Assembly (NCBI GenBank): GCA_937919725.1
Contig: CALFOS010000120.1
Span: 1-47,573 of the forward strand
Direction: 5' to 3'
DNA: 47,573 bases
Source of the DNA: an uncultured Fluviicola sp.
GTDB taxonomy: Bacteria; Bacteroidota; Bacteroidia; Flavobacteriales_D; Crocinitomicaceae
Part shown: positions 37,493 through 45,994 of the stretch, in pieces
Layout of the letters: each line of letters opens with the position of its first letter
How positions within the stretch are numbered: position 1 is the first letter of the stretch
The notes under the pieces: model-generated
What the model was told of the DNA's origin: nothing
Database searches by the model: none
The model's input: only the letters and a program-made list of their open reading frames with translations
Program-made: the position numbers and the translations under genes

Positions 37493-38461
37493 CTATTGCA
37501 CGAGTAAATTGCATCCACGCAGATCCGAATGATCAAACCTTCCCATGATCTCGAAACCATTTTGCACAATTCTCCCCAAATCTTGCGTAGCAATGAAGGA
37601 ACAACTGTGTACATTTGCTAGGTCGATCACATTGATTCCACCCGTTTTTCCCTCCTCCGCAAAGCTGAATGGATCATTTGTCTCTCGGATCAGGACTCTC
37701 ATCCAATTACACGTTTCAAAAATTCCGTTGGCGTTGCTGTAAGCTTGTGAAAGCAGTTCCGTCATACCGTATTCTGACATAATTCGATCGCACTTCAATC
37801 CTTTCCTCAGGGTTTCGTGAAGTTCTTGCTTCGTCAATTCCTTTCTTCGCCCCTTCATTCCACCGGTTTCGATGACAGTAGCACGATGCAAATCAGGTTT
37901 CAACTCACATAAGTCCAACAACGAATAAGCAACTCCGAAAATGACTACCTGTTTTCCAGTTTGTGTCGCTTCGTTATATCGTCGGATTAAATCGGTCATA
38001 TCGTCCAAAACAAAACCAGAAAGTGGGTGCTTGCTATTCGCAATTAAATCATCGACCATGTAGACCAAGCTCGAATCACCTTGATCTAAATAATTCGGCA
38101 GGAGTCCCAGAACAACATGCTCTTCTGGATCGCCGATGAACTCTTTGTAGATGCTTCGAAAGGTATGTTGGTAGTGTTCCGCTGATTGCACAAAATGCTG
38201 GGATCGATCTCCACCTGTTCCACTACTTTTGAAAATTAATTCATTCACTGCATCTTCTTCAGCTACTCTATGCGTTTTGAAAAATGAAATGGGAAGAAAT
38301 GGAATTTGATGAATCGATTGAGGTGTTTTCCGATTAAGTTGTTTGACGTATTCGCGGTAAACGGGGCTATTTTTAACTTGATAGTCGTAGACCTCATAGA
38401 CAACGCGCTCAAAATCAAGCTCGTTATCAATAGAGAAGATATCTTGTTCCAACTGCGTCAT
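37493..38461 (-). CDS. LuxE-family acyl-protein synthetase-like (acyl-adenylating) protein
   Basis: 322 aa with IPFLPISFFK and FKSSGTGG (degenerate AMP-binding motif). Its length and layout match the Bacteroidota proteins usually labelled acyl transferase/LuxE. Confidence 0.6.
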   Translation of the reverse strand: MTQLEQDIFSIDNELDFERVVYEVYDYQVKNSPVYREYVKQLNRKTPQSIHQIPFLPISFFKTHRVAEEDAVNELIFKSSGTGGDRSQHFVQSAEHYQHTFRSIYKEFIGDPEEHVVLGLLPNYLDQGDSSLVYMVDDLIANSKHPLSGFVLDDMTDLIRRYNEATQTGKQVVIFGVAYSLLDLCELKPDLHRATVIETGGMKGRRKELTKQELHETLRKGLKCDRIMSEYGMTELLSQAYSNANGIFETCNWMRVLIRETNDPFSFAEEGKTGGINVIDLANVHSCSFIATQDLGRIVQNGFEIMGRFDHSDLRGCNLLVQ

Positions 38462-38491
38462 GTGCGGGAGAAGTTATCGAGTTGGGGTGAG

Positions 38492-39259
38492 TTATTGACG
38501 TGTTTCTTTTATCGAAGCTCGTATTTCTTTCATGAAGTCAGAAGCGTACACGAAATCAATAATTTCTGGGTTTTCGGTTGTGATAATTTCTTTCCGACCA
38601 CCAGACCACCAGTTTCTTCCATCATGGATAAACATGATGTTGTCGCCAATTTCAATCACAGAGTTCATATCGTGCGAGATAACTACCGTGGTAATGTCGT
38701 ATTCGTAAGTGATTTCACGGATCAAGTTATCGATAACGATTGCTGTTTTTGGGTCTAGACCCGAGTTTGGCTCATCACAGAACAAATACTTTGGATTCAT
38801 GGCGATGGCACGCGCAATCGCGATTCGTTTTTGCATTCCGCCTGAGCATTCCGCAGGATATAATTTATTTCGTCCAAGCAGGTTCACTCTTTCCAAGCAG
38901 AAATTAACTCTATCGAGCTTTTCTTTTTTGGTCATTTTGGTGAACATCGTAAGCGGGAACATCACATTTTCTTCTACTGTCATCGAGTCGAAAAGCGCAG
39001 AACCTTGAAAAAGCATTCCAATTTCTTGACGAATCAGCATGCGGTCTCTCCTATCCATTTCGCCGAAATTCCGGTCATTGTACATGATGTGTCCGGTGTC
39101 GGGTTCATGCAAACCGACAATGCATTTCGTGAGGACCGATTTACCTTCCCCTGATTGTCCGATGACCATGTTCACTTTTCCTTTTTCGAAAACCGTGGTG
39201 ATATCATAGAGTACTTGGAGGTCGTTAAAGGACTTATTTACGTTCACCACTTCTATCAT
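38492..39259 (-). CDS. mlaF: ABC transporter ATP-binding protein, MlaF-like
   Basis: 255 aa with Walker A GQSGEGKS, signature CSGGMQKRIAIARA and Walker B LFCDEP. It is paired with an MlaE-type permease. Confidence 0.75.
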   Translation of the reverse strand: MIEVVNVNKSFNDLQVLYDITTVFEKGKVNMVIGQSGEGKSVLTKCIVGLHEPDTGHIMYNDRNFGEMDRRDRMLIRQEIGMLFQGSALFDSMTVEENVMFPLTMFTKMTKKEKLDRVNFCLERVNLLGRNKLYPAECSGGMQKRIAIARAIAMNPKYLFCDEPNSGLDPKTAIVIDNLIREITYEYDITTVVISHDMNSVIEIGDNIMFIHDGRNWWSGGRKEIITTENPEIIDFVYASDFMKEIRASIKETRQ

Positions 39260-39999
39260 AACAAAAACATTTGAGTGATGAAGAAATTTGCGATAAGGAT
39301 TGCGATGCTTGACGAAACCACCGCTTTGGTAGCCGATTTCCCAACGTCAAGTGCGCCTCCTCGGGTGTAATATCCGAAGAAAGATGAGATGGAAACGATT
39401 AAAAAGGCGAAGACGACCGTTTTACACAGTGCGTAAACAATGTTGCTCGGCACGAAAAAAGACCGAATTCCGACAACGTATGTTTCAGTTGAAGCGAGTT
39501 CCGACAATACGAGAGAAAGCCATCCACCGATAAGGCTCAAACCAATTGAAAAGATGATCAAAACGGGGAAAAAGAAAACGGCTCCAAGAATTTTTGGAAG
39601 CACGAGAAAAGTCAAACTGTTGACGCCCATCACTTCGAGTGCATCAATTTGCTCGGTAGTTTTCATCGTTCCGATTTCAGAGGCAACGTTCGACCCAACT
39701 TTGCCCGCGAGGATAAGCGAGATCATTGTTGGTGAAAATTCCAAGATGGTGCTCGACCGCGTGATGTATCCAATTGTGTACTCAGGCAACCAAGGAGAAG
39801 TCATATTTGACGCAGTTTGCAGCGCAATTACACCTCCCATGAACACAGACATCAACGCAACGATTGGTATAGAATTGATTCCAATGAAGCGGATTTCATG
39901 AAATAAGCGTTCTCGGAACACACTCCACTTTTCGGGTCGTGAAAACACGATCCAAAGCATGTTCATATACTTTCCTATATTTCGTAATACACTTATCAC
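39256..39999 (-). CDS. mlaE: MlaE-family ABC transporter permease
   Basis: 247 aa with five or six TM segments and the MlaE/DUF140 pattern (IGINSIPIVALMSVFMGGVIALQ...EQIDALEVMGVN). It appears to start at GTG 39999. A 4-nt overlap links it to mlaF. Confidence 0.75.
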   Translation of the reverse strand: MISVLRNIGKYMNMLWIVFSRPEKWSVFRERLFHEIRFIGINSIPIVALMSVFMGGVIALQTASNMTSPWLPEYTIGYITRSSTILEFSPTMISLILAGKVGSNVASEIGTMKTTEQIDALEVMGVNSLTFLVLPKILGAVFFFPVLIIFSIGLSLIGGWLSLVLSELASTETYVVGIRSFFVPSNIVYALCKTVVFAFLIVSISSFFGYYTRGGALDVGKSATKAVVSSSIAILIANFFITQMFLL

Positions 40000-40090
40000 A
40001 GCCCCTAAATTAACGGTAATTTTTAGGATGGCAAGAAGTTATTTCTGAAATCGACGAAGATTGAAGATAATCAGTAATTTTATTCCGAAT

Positions 40091-40720
40091 ATGGAATCGA
40101 AACGCGAACGGTACGAACGAATTTTGCAACGTTATTTGCCTAATCCCTATGTGGAAATGGTAATCGACTTGTTGATGAAACATACCGTGCAGTTCAAAAT
40201 TGTGAAACCACGAAAAACAAAATTGGGCGATTTCCGATCTCATACGAAACACGGAAAAGTACAAATCACCGTAAATGGCAACCTCAACGAATACTCGTTT
40301 TTAGTGACAACCTTGCACGAATTTGCGCATTTGACCAACTTTTTGGAGCACGGTCACCGCGTTTCGCCACACGGAAAAGAATGGAAATTGCACTACACCC
40401 GCTTACTTTTGCCAGTGATCGATCATCCAGAAACGCCCGAAGAATTGCGCAAAGCCTTGTTAAGATCAACCACGAACATGAAAGCGTCGTCGTGTACCGA
40501 TCATCAATTGCAACGAACTTTGCTCACGTTTGATTCACGCAATGATAATTTACTCACCCTCGAGAAATTACCCAAAAACAGTACATTTGCCCTCAACGGA
40601 AGAACGTTTCAGAAGGGAATTTTGAGGAGAACGCGCTATTTGTGTACCGATGTTACTTCCAAACGACAATTTTTAGTGAGCGCCTTAGCCCACGTAGAAC
40701 ACATTGAAGATGAAAAATAA
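40091..40720 (+). CDS. SprT-like zinc metalloprotease-domain protein
   Basis: About 209 aa from ATG 40091 (the track uses TTG 40061). The HExxH motif sits in TTLHEFAHLTNFLEHGHRVSPHGKEW, as in SprT-like proteins. Confidence 0.6.
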   Translation: MESKRERYERILQRYLPNPYVEMVIDLLMKHTVQFKIVKPRKTKLGDFRSHTKHGKVQITVNGNLNEYSFLVTTLHEFAHLTNFLEHGHRVSPHGKEWKLHYTRLLLPVIDHPETPEELRKALLRSTTNMKASSCTDHQLQRTLLTFDSRNDNLLTLEKLPKNSTFALNGRTFQKGILRRTRYLCTDVTSKRQFLVSALAHVEHIEDEK

Positions 40721-41819
40721 TTATAGCATAATCATGGCAGGAGGAATCGGAAGTCGGTTCTGGCCACTCTCCACCGCCGAATATCCGAAGCAATTTTTGG
40801 ACATCTTGGGAATTGGAAAATCGCTTTTGCAGATGACGTTCGATCGTTTGGAGCACGTTTCTCCATCCGAGAACATTTACATCGTAACGAACAAAGAATA
40901 CAAGGATATTGTGCTAGAGCAGCTTCCAGGCATTCGGCCAGAGCAAGTGTTGACCGAGCCCGAACGAAAAAATACGGCTCCGTGCATCGCGTACGCAGCA
41001 GCAAAAATTCATGCGCTCAATCCAAATGCGAATTTGATTATCTCTCCGGCCGATCATTTAATTTTGCAGCAAGATAATTTCTCGGCAACCATTCAAGCTG
41101 CGATTACTTCCGCCGAAAAAGGACGGATTGCCACAATTGGAATTCAACCTACTCGTCCTGACACGGGTTATGGCTACATCGAATTTGAACAAGCTGATGA
41201 AGCCGACGCACTGCGTCAAGACTCTGTAAAGAGAACAAGTGTAATCCTCCCTGTGAAGCAATTTCGTGAAAAACCAGACTTGGCAACCGCTGAATCGTTT
41301 GTGGCAGCTGGGAATTTCTACTGGAACTCCGGAATTTTTATTTGGAAATCGCAAACGGTTTTGGATGCTTTGAAAGCGTTCCAACCTAATTTGTTCAACT
41401 TGTTTTGTGGAGATATGAGTCAATACAACTCCGCAAGCGAACAAGCGTATGTTGATCATTGCTTCGCGACGTGTGAAGATATTTCGATTGACTTCGCCGT
41501 GATGGAACACGCCAAAAACATCGATGTAGTGTTATCGAACTTCGATTGGTCCGATTTGGGGACGTGGGGAAGTTTGGATACGCACCTCAACAAAGATTCG
41601 AATGGAAATGCGGTGGTTGGCGATCTCGTTCATTTGTACGGATCAAAAAACTGCATTGTGAACATCCCGAAGGGAAAAATAGCGGTGATTGATGGTTTGG
41701 AAGATTACATTATCATTCAGAGCGATGACAAATTAATGATTCTGAAGAAAGAAAATGAGCAAGCTCTAAAATCCTATGTGAATGAAGTAAACGCTTCTAT
41801 TAAGGAGGTTATTAGTTAA
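40710..41819 (+). CDS. manC: Mannose-1-phosphate guanylyltransferase
   Basis: About 369 aa from ATG 40710. It contains IIMAGGIGSRFWPLS (nucleotidyltransferase G-loop), TEPERKNTAPCIAYAA, and GYGYIE. The start overlaps the SprT-like stop. Confidence 0.8.
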   Translation: MKNNYSIIMAGGIGSRFWPLSTAEYPKQFLDILGIGKSLLQMTFDRLEHVSPSENIYIVTNKEYKDIVLEQLPGIRPEQVLTEPERKNTAPCIAYAAAKIHALNPNANLIISPADHLILQQDNFSATIQAAITSAEKGRIATIGIQPTRPDTGYGYIEFEQADEADALRQDSVKRTSVILPVKQFREKPDLATAESFVAAGNFYWNSGIFIWKSQTVLDALKAFQPNLFNLFCGDMSQYNSASEQAYVDHCFATCEDISIDFAVMEHAKNIDVVLSNFDWSDLGTWGSLDTHLNKDSNGNAVVGDLVHLYGSKNCIVNIPKGKIAVIDGLEDYIIIQSDDKLMILKKENEQALKSYVNEVNASIKEVIS

Positions 41820-41913
41820 TTTACTTCCGCTCTTTCGTTTAGGACAAGAACTTACTCAATACAAAAAATCAAAACCATCCGAAGACAGTTCTGATCGTAT
41901 TATTCTGTTTTGT

Positions 41914-42651
41914 TTAACGCAATCCTTGACGAATTTGATCTGCTTCCCAAGCTCGGTATAAATCAAAGTAGCTTTTAGATTCGATTACCACTACTCCGCC
42001 GAGGGTGTCGCCGTATTTTGCTGGAAGTCCGCCTGTGTACACTTGCATGTACCCGATCGAAACACTTGGTAAGGTTCCCGCGTCGGTCGTTTTTACACCA
42101 TCAATGTAATAGATCATGTCGCCTTTTCTCGCTCCACGGAACACGAGTGAACCGTCGGCAGTTTGTTGAACGTTTGAAGAGATGGAGGTAATCAAGCTTT
42201 TGATGTCGAATTTCACAGGAGAAACCGAAATTTCCTTTGCTGAAATCGATGTTACAGGCAAGTTTCCATCGATGAGTTTAACATAGTCATTCTTTGCTTT
42301 CACCTCAACATCGACTATATCAGTAAATTTTCCTTCGAATTCAAACGTCCCCATTCGCGCGATTCCATCCATTGGTACTTCAATGCTTTTATTCGTCATC
42401 GTGTCTTGTAGGTAGAGCACATTGAGCATGTAGGTTCCTGCTGGAATAGCCGAAATTCTGAATTCGCCGTCCATGTCTGTTCTTGCTTGGTAGAGTCTTC
42501 CCCCATCTTCAATGTAAATTCTAGCGCCAACGGCTGGAATCACTGTGCCATATTCTACTACTTTCCCTGTTACTTCTCCGAGGGCTTGTTGTGCCGAAAC
42601 ATTTCCAGCGATTACAAGGGCGATCATTATTAGTGCATTTTTCATCTTCAT
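41914..42651 (-). CDS. Stand-alone CarboxypepD_reg plus TonB-dependent-receptor Plug-domain protein (no barrel)
   Basis: 245 aa with a signal peptide and a CarboxypepD_reg-like region (VTGKVVEYGTVIPAVGARIYIEDGGRLYQARTDMDGEFRISAIPAGTY). A Plug-like segment follows (LVFRGARKGDMIYYIDGVKT...VYTGGLPAKYGDTLGGVVVIESKSY). The protein ends about 20 residues later. Confidence 0.55.
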   Translation of the reverse strand: MKMKNALIMIALVIAGNVSAQQALGEVTGKVVEYGTVIPAVGARIYIEDGGRLYQARTDMDGEFRISAIPAGTYMLNVLYLQDTMTNKSIEVPMDGIARMGTFEFEGKFTDIVDVEVKAKNDYVKLIDGNLPVTSISAKEISVSPVKFDIKSLITSISSNVQQTADGSLVFRGARKGDMIYYIDGVKTTDAGTLPSVSIGYMQVYTGGLPAKYGDTLGGVVVIESKSYFDLYRAWEADQIRQGLR

Positions 42652-42723
42652 CTAGTTTAAATTAATGTCTTTCTTATAAGATGATGGATGCAACACTATT
42701 CCATAAAATAATTCTCAAAAATG

Positions 42724-42760
42724 AAAAACCCCGTATCCATCGAATGACAGACACGGGGTT
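42724..42760 (-). terminator. Rho-independent terminator after fabD
   Basis: On the minus strand AACCCCGT pairs with ACGGGGTT (8 bp, GC-rich core) and runs into a T tract. Confidence 0.6.
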
Positions 42761-42781
42761 GAGTATGTTTTATTGGATGCT

Positions 42782-43669
42782 TTACGCTACTAATTCTGCG
42801 CTGGATGTTGCGAACGATCGATCCACTTTTTTGAACAATCCTTGAAGAACGTTTCCTGGTCCCACTTCGATGACTTCGGTTGCGCCATCGGCAATCATTG
42901 CGTGCATGGTTTGTGTCCAACGCACAGGAGCGGTCAATTGTGCCATTAAGTTCTTTTGAATTTCCGCTGGATCTGTTACTGCGGATGCCACTACGTTTTG
43001 GTATACAGGGCACGTCGGTTGACTGAAAGTCGTTGCTTCAATCGCTGCAGCCAGTTCCTCACGCGCAGGTTCCATCAAAGGAGAGTGAAATGCACCACCG
43101 ACAGGAAGGATCAACGCACGACGCGCTCCAGCTTCTGTCAATTTTGCACATGCTTCTTCCACGGCAGGAATCGCACCCGAAATAACGAGTTGTCCAGGAC
43201 AATTATAATTTGCTGCAACTACGACGCCATCAATCTCAGCGCACACTTTTTCCACTACTTCATCATCCAATCCGAGGATCGCCGCCATGGTAGATGGAAC
43301 CGCTTCACACGCTGCTTGCATCGCAAGAGCACGTTTAGAGACTAATCGAAGACCGTCTTTGAAGCTCAATGTTTTATTCGCCACAAGTGCCGAAAGTTCA
43401 CCGAGTGAATGTCCAGCGACCATATCTGCTTGAAACGCATCGCCTAAAGTTGCTGCCAAAATTGTGGAGTGCAAAAAGATCGCTGGTTGCGTTACTTTCG
43501 TTTGTTTCAATTCTTCGTCCGTTCCCTCGAACATGATTTTCGTGATTTCGAAGCCGAGTACTTCGTTTGCTTTATCGAACATCTCGCGTGCGAGTTCCGA
43601 ATTATCGTATAAATCTTTGCCCATTCCTACAAATTGAGCGCCTTGACCTGGGAATACGTATGCTTTCAT
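42782..43669 (-). CDS. fabD: Malonyl-CoA:ACP transacylase
   Basis: 295 aa with FPGQGAQFVGMG, the active site GHSLGELSAL, and PVGGAFHSPLM. Confidence 0.95.
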   Translation of the reverse strand: MKAYVFPGQGAQFVGMGKDLYDNSELAREMFDKANEVLGFEITKIMFEGTDEELKQTKVTQPAIFLHSTILAATLGDAFQADMVAGHSLGELSALVANKTLSFKDGLRLVSKRALAMQAACEAVPSTMAAILGLDDEVVEKVCAEIDGVVVAANYNCPGQLVISGAIPAVEEACAKLTEAGARRALILPVGGAFHSPLMEPAREELAAAIEATTFSQPTCPVYQNVVASAVTDPAEIQKNLMAQLTAPVRWTQTMHAMIADGATEVIEVGPGNVLQGLFKKVDRSFATSSAELVA

Positions 43670-43739
43670 AAGTTGTAATTTGGGTCAAAAGTACGAAATC
43701 TAGTTTAATGCCTTCGCCGATTTAGATCTATTAGATCAC

Positions 43740-43771
43740 AAAAAAAAGCCGCTCCGAACAAACGAAGCGAC
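43740..43771 (-). terminator. Rho-independent terminator after the 43808-45577 gene
   Basis: The minus strand reads GTCGCTTCG-TTTGTT-CGGAGCGGC (9 bp, two G-U) followed by T8. Confidence 0.7.
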
Positions 43772-43807
43772 TCTTTAGTATGAAATTACCCGAAGGTAGG
43801 ATTCTAA

Positions 43808-45577
43808 TTATTTGCGGATAGCTAATTTCTGAGTAGAAACCGCGTTATCAGCAGCAACATTAACGATGTACATTCCGTTAGACAAAGCAGCAGTATTCAA
43901 AGATACTTCTGATTTTCCAGCAGATACATTTCCAAGGTTGTTTGTGTAAACTACTTTTCCTGTAAGATCAGTAACAGTAATGTTTACGTCAGCAGCATTG
44001 TTCAATGTGAATGATACATTTGCGTCAGCGTTAGTTGGATTTGGGAATACATTCATTCCATTAACGTTAGATACTTCGTCAAGACCAGCAGGTGTAAAGT
44101 TCATTCGAACTCCTTTTGTAGAAGATGAATAATACCATGTTTGGTCTGTTTGATCGAAGTAGAATGTAGTTTGTGCTTCAGAATTACCCGCAGTAGTGAT
44201 CACGAGGTCGTTGGTCAATCCACCGTCTCCAAAAGAACCAGCAGTAATCAAGTAAGACTCACCAGCAAGTAAATTGTAAGCACCACCAGCTAAAGGAAGA
44301 GTAACTGTAGTTCCCAACTGACCAGCTGTTAATGCCATCGCAACTGATTGGTCTTCCAAAATGAAATCACCCGTTGCAGGATCGATTGTCCACAAAGAAA
44401 CGTATACCTCAGCACCCGCAACACTTGCAGCATTGATTGCAACATCGATACCCGTCAACGTTGCATTAGCGAACATATCGAAGATGTTTCCCGTATCGTA
44501 ACCGTCACCAGCATTGTACGTTCCTCCTTCATTCAAACCAACTTTATCACGAGCGTAGATGAAACCACCAGCTTCGAAGATAATGTTTGGAAATGCGTTG
44601 TTATTCGTTCCAGTATCAGGATTCGAAGTAGTCATTACCCCAGACGCCACGAAAGCTCCAGCAGCAGCAGGAGTGAACGTTGTAGCTGAACAGATCGTAT
44701 CTGAAGCACCTACAGCCAATGAAGTAGAACCTGTTCCTACGAAACCAGCAGATGGAATCGCAACACCATACGTTGCATCATTGATCGGGTTCAAACCGAT
44801 GTTTGAAGCAACACCACAAAAGTTAATTGGTTGGATTTGTGCAGTTGGAGTTCGGTAGTAAGGAAGACGAGGTCCCCAAGAACCATCAACACCCCAGAAA
44901 TTATTGTCAGCTCTCAAATCGTAAGGCTCTGTAGTTTTCACCAAAATATCATCAACAGCCCAGTGCCATCCCCAGTTTCCAACATAGTGGAAACGAATAG
45001 TAACGTTCGCTTGATTACCAGCAGCGGCAGAGATGTCTATTGATCCAGTACCACTTAATACAGTACCACCAGCTTCCGTACCATCTGTGATAGTATAGGT
45101 AGTTGGCCATGTCATTCCACCATCAATACTCACCTCAACATAGCGCTCATCGCCGTACGTGCGGTAATGTTGCGCGAACTCTAAGGTAACAGCCGTTTGT
45201 CCAGTTAGGTTGAACGTACCAGTATACGTTGCATACGCATCTTGTGTAGCCGCGTTTCCAGGAGTATCAGAATCGATCATCAAGAAACCGTTTGACGCAG
45301 AAGTAAAAGTAACAGGACCATCAGATGGAACGTTTGCTGCAACTGTTTCGATGTACCAATCTTGAGCTGGAACAGACGTATTTGTAAACGCCCAGTCTCC
45401 AGGAGCAGACACATCATTCGACCAAATCAATACTTTTTCAAAGTTTGGAACGATATCAGCAGCCTGATTAGAAGAGAATGTAGATTTTTTTGGAGCTTGC
45501 GGGAAATTCCCTGTTACTTGGGCATTCATCCCTGTAACAATTGCCAATGACAATGCACTTAAGTAAATTTTTTTCAT
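43808..45577 (-). CDS. Secreted protein with a MAM/choice-of-anchor-J-like N-terminal domain and a T9SS type A C-terminal sorting domain
   Basis: 589 aa with a signal peptide. FHYVGNWGWHWAVDDILV is typical of the jelly-roll anchor-J/MAM-like domains. The C-terminus is VFPNPTNADANVSFTL...NGMYIVNV...STQKLAIRK (Por secretion tail pattern). Confidence 0.7.
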   Translation of the reverse strand: MKKIYLSALSLAIVTGMNAQVTGNFPQAPKKSTFSSNQAADIVPNFEKVLIWSNDVSAPGDWAFTNTSVPAQDWYIETVAANVPSDGPVTFTSASNGFLMIDSDTPGNAATQDAYATYTGTFNLTGQTAVTLEFAQHYRTYGDERYVEVSIDGGMTWPTTYTITDGTEAGGTVLSGTGSIDISAAAGNQANVTIRFHYVGNWGWHWAVDDILVKTTEPYDLRADNNFWGVDGSWGPRLPYYRTPTAQIQPINFCGVASNIGLNPINDATYGVAIPSAGFVGTGSTSLAVGASDTICSATTFTPAAAGAFVASGVMTTSNPDTGTNNNAFPNIIFEAGGFIYARDKVGLNEGGTYNAGDGYDTGNIFDMFANATLTGIDVAINAASVAGAEVYVSLWTIDPATGDFILEDQSVAMALTAGQLGTTVTLPLAGGAYNLLAGESYLITAGSFGDGGLTNDLVITTAGNSEAQTTFYFDQTDQTWYYSSSTKGVRMNFTPAGLDEVSNVNGMNVFPNPTNADANVSFTLNNAADVNITVTDLTGKVVYTNNLGNVSAGKSEVSLNTAALSNGMYIVNVAADNAVSTQKLAIRK

Positions 45578-45600
45578 AGTTAAATTTATTTTTAATAATA

Positions 45601-45608
45601 CAAATTTA
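45601..45608 (-). promoter_or_regulatory. Candidate -7 box (TAAATTTG) for the 43808-45577 gene
   Basis: Exact TAnnTTTG match on the minus strand, 24 nt upstream of the ATG at 45577. Confidence 0.4.
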
Positions 45609-45994
45609 ATGAATACTTCTCATTTGACCAATTATTCTTTTTAGATTACAATTGAAGAGTATTATAAGTAAGAACGAAGATCGATTTGGAATGGTTGAAA
45701 AAAAGTAATTATTTCGCAATTCGTACCTCACGACATCCTTAGTTCAATTGGAATTATTTAGTTGAACAAGCGCACTGAAGACCCTGATTCTAAAGGCGAA
45801 AAAAATAACTCTAAATGAAATGTATCACCAAGGAGGATTTTCGAACGCGACGAACAAAGTGCTTCAGCGGAATGTTTTCGCACAAGTGAAGAATGAATGT
45901 TATCATGTCATCTCCCTCAGAAATATCAGAATGTAGACTACAAAAAAATCCCGCTCATCGATTTGACGAACAGGACCTAACAATTTTTTCAAGA

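Noticed and set aside
42696-43013. A 105-aa minus-strand ORF spanning the fabD 3' end and terminator region.
   Set aside because: It is in a different frame overlapping the well-supported fabD. It is Arg/Ser-rich and crosses the predicted fabD terminator hairpin.
45740-45770. A tRNA-like D-arm string (TAGTTCAATTGGA) in the spacer between the two T9SS cargo genes.
   Set aside because: No acceptor stem, anticodon arm or T-arm (GTTCGAATC-like) can be built around it. It is followed by a partial direct repeat (TTAGTTGAA), so it is a chance match.
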